From assembly GCA_965217585.1 (NCBI GenBank), contig OZ244561.1, positions 1,632,001 through 1,696,000 of the forward strand: 64,000 nt of DNA. The letters are read 5' to 3'. How positions within the stretch are numbered: position 1 is the first letter of the stretch; each line of letters starts with the position of its first letter. Shown here one piece after another: positions 19,285-26,392 of this stretch. This DNA is from Candidatus Latescibacterota bacterium (GTDB lineage: Bacteria; Latescibacterota; UBA2968; UBA8231). Under the pieces are notes generated by a model. It worked only from the letters and a program-made list of their open reading frames with translations. It had not been told where the DNA came from and made no database searches. The position numbers were made by a program, and so were the translations under genes.

Positions 19285-19998
19285 TCACATCAGATGCAAC
19301 CAGTCTCCTAAGAGAAAGGTCACACGCCCGATCAACAGCGAAACCCTCGCCATAATGGTGTAACCAAACGAGGCCCCAAACGAGACCATCAAAAACCATA
19401 TCCCCACCTTGGAGATATGACCCGCCGCGCCGGTGTGCTCGACGGAAAAGAAGAAATAAACCAACACCCCTACTACCCCCACTAAGACGATCAGCAAATT
19501 GAGCCCCTCCAAGCTCCAAGTTAGTGGTTGTAATGTAGGTTCAACTTGGGCCAAGATAAAGGAAGAAATATATCGGGGAATCGTCAGGCCGGCCCCGAGC
19601 CCCACAAAGAATGCAAAGGCATAGCGGCTGAGCCAACCAAAGCGCAGCGAAAAGCGCGTCAACATCAACAGCCCGAGCACCGTGGGAGCCAAAAGCCACC
19701 AATTGGGCGTCTCCCCTTCCCCCGGATCGGTCCATTCGGCGATGAGCTCGCCGTAGATCGTCGGGTACCAAGTCTGGCCGAATATATACGCCGCCGCCAC
19801 GCCGACAAAAACGTGCTCGGCGAACTTGAACAGCGGGTTGTCCTTGTAGAGGAAGCTATAGAGCGCCAAGGTCATGCCCGCCGCGACAATGATGCCCAAA
19901 CCCGTCCAGTCCGCCGCCAAAATCCCACTGGCCACCAAGCCGATATTGACCGCGGCAAACAGCAGGATCACGCCCAAAAAGACATTCGTATCGCGCAT
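19285..19998 (-). CDS. Uncharacterised polytopic membrane protein (about 7 TM) of the GlmL-like module
   Basis: Hydrophobic segments throughout; YSFLYKDNPLFKFAEHVFVG; SD GAGGAG; alternative start TTG 20010. Confidence 0.8.
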   Translation of the reverse strand: MRDTNVFLGVILLFAAVNIGLVASGILAADWTGLGIIVAAGMTLALYSFLYKDNPLFKFAEHVFVGVAAAYIFGQTWYPTIYGELIAEWTDPGEGETPNWWLLAPTVLGLLMLTRFSLRFGWLSRYAFAFFVGLGAGLTIPRYISSFILAQVEPTLQPLTWSLEGLNLLIVLVGVVGVLVYFFFSVEHTGAAGHISKVGIWFLMVSFGASFGYTIMARVSLLIGRVTFLLGDWLHLM

Positions 19999-20006
19999 GG
20001 CGGCGA

Positions 20007-20837
20007 TCAACTCCTCTGCTCGGATGAAGTTCGCCGAGCGGCGAAGTGCGCGATATTGCCGAGAATCACGAAGATCGCGATGACCAAATGAGCCATTGAC
20101 TGGGCGCTCATGCCTTTGCTGGCACTGCCAGGACGTTCAATCAGGGTCTCGTATTCGGCTGCGCCGGCTAGACCACCGAGCAGGCCGCCGAGCTGTCCCG
20201 AGTCGAGGAAGGGATAGAGATCGGGAGCCATCACCGCGGTGCAGCCAGCGACAAAGGGAAAGCCGTACTTCTCCTGCCCGTAGGGGATCCACCAGAACTC
20301 AATCGAATCCCCGGCAGCTAAGTCTAAGACGAGGGCGAAATCGCGCAGCGAGCGCAAACCGCGCGTCAAATCCAAGTCGCCAGTATCCGCGCCCCATTGG
20401 TCCTGCGGGAAGGCACTGCGGAAGTCCTGCCCCATATTGAGAATGACGCTAAAACCGCCCGGCTTGTAGCCCATAAAGGCATAATCCACCCCGTACTCCA
20501 AATCGAATTCAGCCGCTATCTCCTCCAGTACCTGTTGGGCCAGCCCCGGTGCCTCGGGCCACAGGCAAATGGCCACCACCTTGAGGTCGCGGCGGAAGGC
20601 GTGGCGCAAAATGGCATGCGACATCGGCAGCATTTCAGGTGCCGTGCTGGCACCGTAAGCAAAGGAAACCAGCACAATGTCCCCTGCGTCGAGTTTCTCG
20701 AACTGGTCGTACGCGGCTTTTACTTCGTCCGTCGGCGTGATCGGCAGGGACATCCCGGCCAGCAACGGCCCAGCCACGCTGATAAACACTAGGGCGAAAA
20801 TGATGCGACGGTCGATAGCGAGCAGTCTGTGCATCAC
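20007..20837 (-). CDS. Uncharacterised membrane-anchored alpha/beta protein (N- and C-terminal TM) of the GlmL-like module
   Basis: TM-soluble domain-TM layout; YGVDYAFMGY, PFLDSGQLGGLLGGLAGAAEYE; start overlaps the upstream stop. Confidence 0.8.
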   Translation of the reverse strand: MMHRLLAIDRRIIFALVFISVAGPLLAGMSLPITPTDEVKAAYDQFEKLDAGDIVLVSFAYGASTAPEMLPMSHAILRHAFRRDLKVVAICLWPEAPGLAQQVLEEIAAEFDLEYGVDYAFMGYKPGGFSVILNMGQDFRSAFPQDQWGADTGDLDLTRGLRSLRDFALVLDLAAGDSIEFWWIPYGQEKYGFPFVAGCTAVMAPDLYPFLDSGQLGGLLGGLAGAAEYETLIERPGSASKGMSAQSMAHLVIAIFVILGNIAHFAARRTSSEQRS

Positions 20838-21490
20838 TCAGCTCCTCCGCCCAAATACGAGCGCTCAATCCCAAAAATGATCCGCAGTGAGGTAGCAATA
20901 GCACCCAGCGACACGCCGAGCAGGATGCCGCGCTTGGCCGCCAAGTTGGGCACGGTCAACAGCCAATCGGACACCAGCGGAAAATACTCGGATATCTCCC
21001 GGCCAATGGGCACGCGACCCAGCATGACGATGACCGCCGCGACCAGTAGCAGCGCGGCCTCGGGCGTGCGGGCGCGGAAAGTTCGGTATGCCGCCGAGGC
21101 AATAAAGAAGGCCAGAAGCGAAAACATGGTCCCAGCACAGGGAAGGTGGACGTAGTCGAAGAGCCACTTATAGCCCCCGGCCTCAGCTTGCGCGACGAAG
21201 GGGCCCAAGCCGTCGTTGTACACGACGAAGCCCATCATCACCGCGAAGCTTAAAATGGCGATCAAGCTATAGGCCCAGCCGGCGACGCGCTGGCGAATCC
21301 GCTGCCAGTGCAAGTTGAGCAGGCTATAGAGGCCGAGCAAAAAGGAAAACGCGAAGACGATGCGCACCCATAGCGCCATCTCTCGCTCCAAACTCTGCGC
21401 GTGGCCGTGGGGTATGTAGTAGATGACAATGCCGAGCATACCGAAGGCGAAGGCGACGACCAGCGGCAAAGTTCGACTAAGAAAAATCAT
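20834..21490 (-). CDS. Uncharacterised polytopic membrane protein (about 6 TM) of the GlmL-like module
   Basis: Hydrophobic segments; TMFSLLAFFIASAAYRTFRAR, LRIIFGIERSYLG; SD GGAGG. Confidence 0.8.
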   Translation of the reverse strand: MIFLSRTLPLVVAFAFGMLGIVIYYIPHGHAQSLEREMALWVRIVFAFSFLLGLYSLLNLHWQRIRQRVAGWAYSLIAILSFAVMMGFVVYNDGLGPFVAQAEAGGYKWLFDYVHLPCAGTMFSLLAFFIASAAYRTFRARTPEAALLLVAAVIVMLGRVPIGREISEYFPLVSDWLLTVPNLAAKRGILLGVSLGAIATSLRIIFGIERSYLGGGAE

Positions 21491-21499
21491 CGCGCCCTC

Positions 21500-22744
21500 C
21501 TAGGGGCTAAAAAAGTGCGTCAACTGCGGCCACCACTCCAAGGTCGCCAGCAGCGTACCCAGCACTAAGACAGCCAGCAGAATGGCCTTACCGGCATCTT
21601 GGCCCTTGAGACTGCCCAGCATCCGCGGTTCGCCCGACAGATAAGCACTGGCTGCGTAGAGCTCTTCGCCGAGCAGGGTATAGTCGCAGGTAGTAATAAA
21701 GAACGGCAACTGGGTGAAAGCATCGGTGCCGGCGATCTGGATCGCCCCGGTCGTCGCCCCGGTCTCGGCTAACAGCAGCGACTCGGCGTAGAAATATCCC
21801 ATCATAATGTGAGCCGCCGGACGGTCGCGGACCATAATGCCCTCGACTGCCGCCGCATAGCTGAACTGCTCGGTGCTAGCGACAAAGACGTGGTCGGGAT
21901 TGAAAGCGTCGGGCCGTCCCGCCTCCACATACGAGGCTTTCACCGTCTCTTGGCTGACAGACATAACTACTGGGTCTGGAGCCACCACCCGCAGCGCGGT
22001 GTCGTATTCGGCCGTGCGCCGCGCGACCCGCCCCAAGATATTGACCGCGGCAATGGTCGGTATCTGGCTCATGTCGCGCAGGCCGTGAATGAAAAGCACC
22101 GGCTTGCCCATCTCGGTCGCCCGCCCCAGTGCCTCGTCGAGTGCCTCTAACCCGGCGATGCGGCGGATCTTGAGTTCGCGCCGCCGCGCAATGCCAATGT
22201 AGCCCATGATAAGCCCTGAGAACACAAGGCATAGTACCAGATTATTGGTCTTGGCGCGATTGAAAAGATTGCCTGTGGACTCGGCGTTGACGATCACCTT
22301 GCCGCGGATCGCGCCCCCGGCCGATCGCACATCGACGTGAAAGTAATAGGTCTTGCCGTCTTCTAGCGGCGTCTTGCCGCCCGCGCCGGCGAAATCCTCG
22401 ACGTTGACATAGTGGTGATTCCCCAGATCGGCCCCACGCCCAAAAAGCGCCGGTGCCTCGGACATCAAATTCTTCGTGGCCGCAACCTCGGCCACGACGC
22501 GAAAAGGTCCGCTGGGCGAGTCGGCGATGGCGACCTGATACATCGCATTTTCGCTGATCTGCTGATCTCGCGGCCAAGTCAGCGTAATGCTGCCGCCGCC
22601 GTCGTTGGGCGTGTCGAAGGCTTGGACCTCGATCGGCGGCCTAGGGTGTGCCAGCAACGCGCCGAGCCCTTGTTCCGCATTTTCCGCCGCGCTCGCCAAC
22701 GGCCAAGCCAAGACTAATGAAGCCAGCCAGTTTTTTGCTCTCAT
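21500..22744 (-). CDS. Membrane protein with a signal peptide, FN3-like periplasmic domain and DUF6754-like C-terminal domain
   Basis: Signal peptide; DTPNDGGGSITLTW...YYF FN3-like part; TM; IRRIAGLEALDEALGRATEMGKP...QLPFFITTCDYTLLGEELYAASAYLS; C-terminal TM (family name recalled, not searched). Confidence 0.8.
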   Translation of the reverse strand: MRAKNWLASLVLAWPLASAAENAEQGLGALLAHPRPPIEVQAFDTPNDGGGSITLTWPRDQQISENAMYQVAIADSPSGPFRVVAEVAATKNLMSEAPALFGRGADLGNHHYVNVEDFAGAGGKTPLEDGKTYYFHVDVRSAGGAIRGKVIVNAESTGNLFNRAKTNNLVLCLVFSGLIMGYIGIARRRELKIRRIAGLEALDEALGRATEMGKPVLFIHGLRDMSQIPTIAAVNILGRVARRTAEYDTALRVVAPDPVVMSVSQETVKASYVEAGRPDAFNPDHVFVASTEQFSYAAAVEGIMVRDRPAAHIMMGYFYAESLLLAETGATTGAIQIAGTDAFTQLPFFITTCDYTLLGEELYAASAYLSGEPRMLGSLKGQDAGKAILLAVLVLGTLLATLEWWPQLTHFFSP

Positions 22745-22748
22745 ACCT

Positions 22749-23864
22749 TTATTCCTCAATCAACTCCACATTTGCCCGTGGCACTACCGCCTGTTTCCCG
22801 TCTTCAAACTCCACGGCCAATACCCGCACTCGCGCCCCAGACTCCACCGCGCACAACTCGGTCGGCAAGTCACTGACGCGCCCAATCCGCCCAAAATAGG
22901 GCATCCGAATCACCCGCAACAAATCACCCACCTGCAACCCTTCCGCGCCCGCCCGCACCTCTTCTTCCTCTTTGTCAGCAGCTGTGGGGACGATAATCTC
23001 CGGCCGCAACACACCGGCGCGGATCTGGGTCGCTCCAGCCATGGACGCATCCATGCCAGCGCACGCTTGCAAAATATCAAAAGTCTTGCGGGCCATGGCG
23101 ACGCGGCCGAAGCCCTCGGTCGCTACCACCGTCAGGCCGATTTGCTCGGTGCCGGTGATGGCCACGCCCAAATCGCGGCCGAGCAGGTCGCGCAAGTCGC
23201 GGTCGCGCAGGCCGCCGCCGATCAACCCCACAGCACCTGCCTGCCGGGCCTGTTCCACGGTCTCCGTGCTAATCAGACTGCCAACCACTACAATCTTGCC
23301 CGCCACTTCCGGTCCCAGCGGCCCGGCGATGGCGTCTGGGGCCTCAACCGCCAAGTGCAGCGCGCCCCAGCACTCGCCCCCTACGCCGAAAATGCCCTGG
23401 ATATAAGCACCTCGCGCTACGACGCGCACGCCCTCCTCGGCAAAAACTTCCTCGACGACCCCATCCACGTACGCTAGTACTTCGACCGGCTTAGGCGCTT
23501 GGCGCAGTATCACCTGCCCAGTCACTGGCGAAATGCTCTCAACGGTGCCGCTGACCGGCGATTCAACTGTGGCCTTGAACCACCGAATAAATGGCCTAGT
23601 CTCGGCGAGTGGCTCGCCGGCTTCGACTCGGTCGCCCTCTTGTTTGAGCATATAGCCAGCTAGCTCTTGCGGCGGGATGCCCAAGCGGTTGACCAAGTTG
23701 AGGGTCGCCACATCGCCCGGCAGTTCGGTGCGGGCCACAACTTGGTCGCGGCGCACTGCTTGGCCGCGCTCGACGACAACTTCGCCTTTGAGGGGCAAAC
23801 GCCGCTCTTTGTGGACGACTGCATATTGCGTCACGCGCAGTCCAGGAGTATAAGCATGGGCCAT
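22749..23864 (-). CDS. Uncharacterised soluble protein with barrel-sandwich-hybrid repeats and a C-terminal KOW-like motif
   Basis: VERGQAV, KQEGDRVEAGEPLAE...ESPVSGTV, AYVDGVV repeats; GATQIRAGVLRPE; LQVGDLLRVIRMPYFGRIGRV. Confidence 0.8.
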   Translation of the reverse strand: MAHAYTPGLRVTQYAVVHKERRLPLKGEVVVERGQAVRRDQVVARTELPGDVATLNLVNRLGIPPQELAGYMLKQEGDRVEAGEPLAETRPFIRWFKATVESPVSGTVESISPVTGQVILRQAPKPVEVLAYVDGVVEEVFAEEGVRVVARGAYIQGIFGVGGECWGALHLAVEAPDAIAGPLGPEVAGKIVVVGSLISTETVEQARQAGAVGLIGGGLRDRDLRDLLGRDLGVAITGTEQIGLTVVATEGFGRVAMARKTFDILQACAGMDASMAGATQIRAGVLRPEIIVPTAADKEEEEVRAGAEGLQVGDLLRVIRMPYFGRIGRVSDLPTELCAVESGARVRVLAVEFEDGKQAVVPRANVELIEE

Positions 23865-23867
23865 GAG

Positions 23868-25649
23868 CTACTCGTATAGGTTTAACGCCTGCTGCCAGCC
23901 GCTTATCTGACGCCGGCGGTCGCGGTCTGTCACCATCTGGATGGGTCGCCCGCGGCCATCCAGCACTAGCCCTACGACCCCGCCGCGCACCCGCGCATTT
24001 AGGGCCTGCCCCGGGCCAGCACCCACATCCCAACGCCGCGCCGGCTGGAGTGAGACTTCGACCTCCTCGCCGTCGGCCAAGGGCATCCACTGTAGCTGGC
24101 CGACCTGCAATTGGCCGATTTGACTCCCGCTGGGCAGGTCTATTTCGTATTGGAGGCAAACCTCGCCGTCCTTACCCTCGCCGACGGGAGCCACACAAGT
24201 GCCCAAGTAGATCAGGCAATCGCGCTCAAAAACCTCGGTGGCGGCTCGCTCGTCAACAGTCGAGAGCACCCCCAAGTGAGGCATCATAAAGATGCTATCG
24301 ACCGCCAAGCGGGTGACACCTGCGGGCTGGAAGGCATCTATGAGCATGGCGCAACTTTGCTCGCGGCGAGGCGCGTGCGAGAGCACGCCACCGCTGCCGA
24401 CTAACATGTCTAGCGCCATCATCTCGACTAAGCTCTCGCCGGTGGCCTCCTGTTCAAAGACATCGGCCAGCGTGCGCTTGCTCTGCACCCCCTTCAACCC
24501 CACTGCCAACGCCCGGTGCTGGTCAAAGGCCAAGCGCAGAGCCTCGCGGGCAATGGCTTGCTCGACTTGCAATTCCTGCATGAGCTGCGGGATGGTCGTC
24601 GGGCGGATCATCTTGTTTTTGATCCGGTCGCGGAGGTCGGCCTCCTCAATGTCAAAGGGAACCCAGCGCATGATGTGGTCGAGGCCGGCCTCGGCCAGCA
24701 CGTTGGAGACGCTATAGGACATGCCGAGATTGGCACTGACCGTGCGGTTGAACACGCCGTCGAAGACGCTGAACACGTCGGTCGTCGCCCCGCCGATATC
24801 CACACCGACGACGTTGATCCCCTGCTGGCGGGCAATGGTCTGCATGATTTGGCCCACCGCCCCGGGCGTCGGCATAATCGGTGCGCCGGTCCAGCCCATC
24901 AGCTTGCGGTAGCCAGGCGCTTGCGCCATGACGTGTTCGAGGAAAAGGTCGTGAATGACGTGCCGCGCCGGGTCCAGATTTTCCTCTTCGAGCACGGGGC
25001 GGATATTCTCGGTAACGGTCAGGGCCATCTTCCCCCCCAGCGCCTTTTCGACCTCCTCGCGCGCGTCCTCATTGCCCGCAAAAATAACCGGCAACTTAAA
25101 GCCCGCGCCAAAGCGGGGCTTGGGATCGGCCGCGCTGATGAATTCGGCCAACTCGACCACATGGCTGACGGTGCCGCCATCCGTGCCGCCCGACAGCAAT
25201 ACCATATCGGGGCGCAATTGGCGGATGCGCTCTATCTTTTCGTGCGGTAAGCGCCCATCATTGGCGGCGAGCGCGTCCATGACGATCGCCCCGGCACCCA
25301 AGGCGCAACGCTGCGCGCTCTCGCCGGTCATCGCCAGCACCACGCCGGCCACCACCATCTGTAACCCGCCGCCGGCACTGCTCGTCGAGATGTAGATATC
25401 AACCCCGACATCGCCGTCTGCCGGAGTGATGATCCGCTCGCCATCGAGGATCTGCCGCCCAGAAAGCTCCTCGACCTCTTGAATGGAGTTAAGCATCCCC
25501 CGGGTGACATCCTCAAAGGGGGCCTCGACCGTGGTTGGGGCCTCGCCGCGAAAGGTCTGGCGATACCCTTCGTCCTTCTTTTCGATCAGGATCGCCTTGG
25601 TCGTCGTACTGCCGCAGTCGGTGGCGATAACTACGTTGAGGTCATCCAT
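23868..25649 (-). CDS. GlmL/MutL(glutamate-mutase)-like ASKHA (actin/Hsp70-fold) ATPase with a C-terminal extension
   Basis: Phosphate-1 DCGSTTTK, SSAGGGL, GGTDGG, IMPTPGAV, phosphate-2 DIGGATTD, RTVSANLGMSYS, adenosine GSGGVL. Confidence 0.85.
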   Translation of the reverse strand: MDDLNVVIATDCGSTTTKAILIEKKDEGYRQTFRGEAPTTVEAPFEDVTRGMLNSIQEVEELSGRQILDGERIITPADGDVGVDIYISTSSAGGGLQMVVAGVVLAMTGESAQRCALGAGAIVMDALAANDGRLPHEKIERIRQLRPDMVLLSGGTDGGTVSHVVELAEFISAADPKPRFGAGFKLPVIFAGNEDAREEVEKALGGKMALTVTENIRPVLEEENLDPARHVIHDLFLEHVMAQAPGYRKLMGWTGAPIMPTPGAVGQIMQTIARQQGINVVGVDIGGATTDVFSVFDGVFNRTVSANLGMSYSVSNVLAEAGLDHIMRWVPFDIEEADLRDRIKNKMIRPTTIPQLMQELQVEQAIAREALRLAFDQHRALAVGLKGVQSKRTLADVFEQEATGESLVEMMALDMLVGSGGVLSHAPRREQSCAMLIDAFQPAGVTRLAVDSIFMMPHLGVLSTVDERAATEVFERDCLIYLGTCVAPVGEGKDGEVCLQYEIDLPSGSQIGQLQVGQLQWMPLADGEEVEVSLQPARRWDVGAGPGQALNARVRGGVVGLVLDGRGRPIQMVTDRDRRRQISGWQQALNLYE

Positions 25650-25977
25650 GCTTTTGGCTTTCGCGCTGGGCAATGGCCTCCGCGAGCAAGTCTATGCTCT
25701 GGCGTCGCTCCAACATGTGCGTAAAGCGCTGGTACTCGTCGCGCGAAAAAACCAGCGTGGCAAACGGGGCTAAAAAGGTCAGGGCTTGGCTGCCCAAAAA
25801 GTTGAGGGGACGGCAAGCCTCCAACGCCATGGACGCTGCCGCTCCCATGCGGCGACGTACTATAAACTCGGCCAGCCGCTCGGCGAGCGCGCGCTCGTCC
25901 TCAGACCAACCCGTCTCCGGGTCTTCGAGGGCAAAAGCGTGCCGCCACTGCGTTTTTAAGCTATTGACTTGGAACAT
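25642..25977 (-). CDS. Hypothetical protein (about 111 aa)
   Basis: Overlaps both neighbours; LEACRPLNFLGSQAL core. Confidence 0.7.
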   Translation of the reverse strand: MFQVNSLKTQWRHAFALEDPETGWSEDERALAERLAEFIVRRRMGAAASMALEACRPLNFLGSQALTFLAPFATLVFSRDEYQRFTHMLERRQSIDLLAEAIAQRESQKHG

Positions 25978-26377
25978 GGCACCGGACGAAGCGCGCAACT
26001 TCTTCGCGGTTTTGATCGCACCGCAAAAAGACGCCGCGAAAAGAGTCCAGCCGACCCGGGCGGGCGGAAGGACGCAAAAAAATACCGTCCCGATGCTCGT
26101 CTGCTCGACGGAATTCCGCCCAAGAACGACGCTGTTTAAGGCCGAGATGTTCGCTGCTTATCCCTTCGCCGTCGAGCGCGTAGCGCGTAGCAAAGAAATA
26201 GCGCGACAGCGAGACGGTCAAGGCTCCCAGTGAAAACACCCCATAAAACCAATGCTCAAAACCAAACGCCGCCGCCGCTGAGGAAGCGACGATGAGCGCG
26301 ACTAGCAGTATCGACTTGGCCGGCCTCTCCCGGCGCAGGGGGTGGCTCTCCCAGCGAAGGACGTCTGTGGAGGACAC
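25961..26377 (-). CDS. Small membrane protein (2 TM plus a beta-rich soluble domain)
   Basis: GTG start after the SBP stop; two hydrophobic helices followed by YALDGEGI...RRSWAEF. Confidence 0.7.
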   Translation of the reverse strand: MSSTDVLRWESHPLRRERPAKSILLVALIVASSAAAAFGFEHWFYGVFSLGALTVSLSRYFFATRYALDGEGISSEHLGLKQRRSWAEFRRADEHRDGIFLRPSARPGRLDSFRGVFLRCDQNREEVARFVRCHVPSQ

Positions 26378-26392
26378 GGAGGACGCGTCCTA

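Noticed and set aside
23868-25649. Calling this gene a glutamate mutase component or DNA-repair MutL
   Set aside because: No mutase subunits nearby; it has ASKHA motifs, not the GHKL motifs of mismatch-repair MutL
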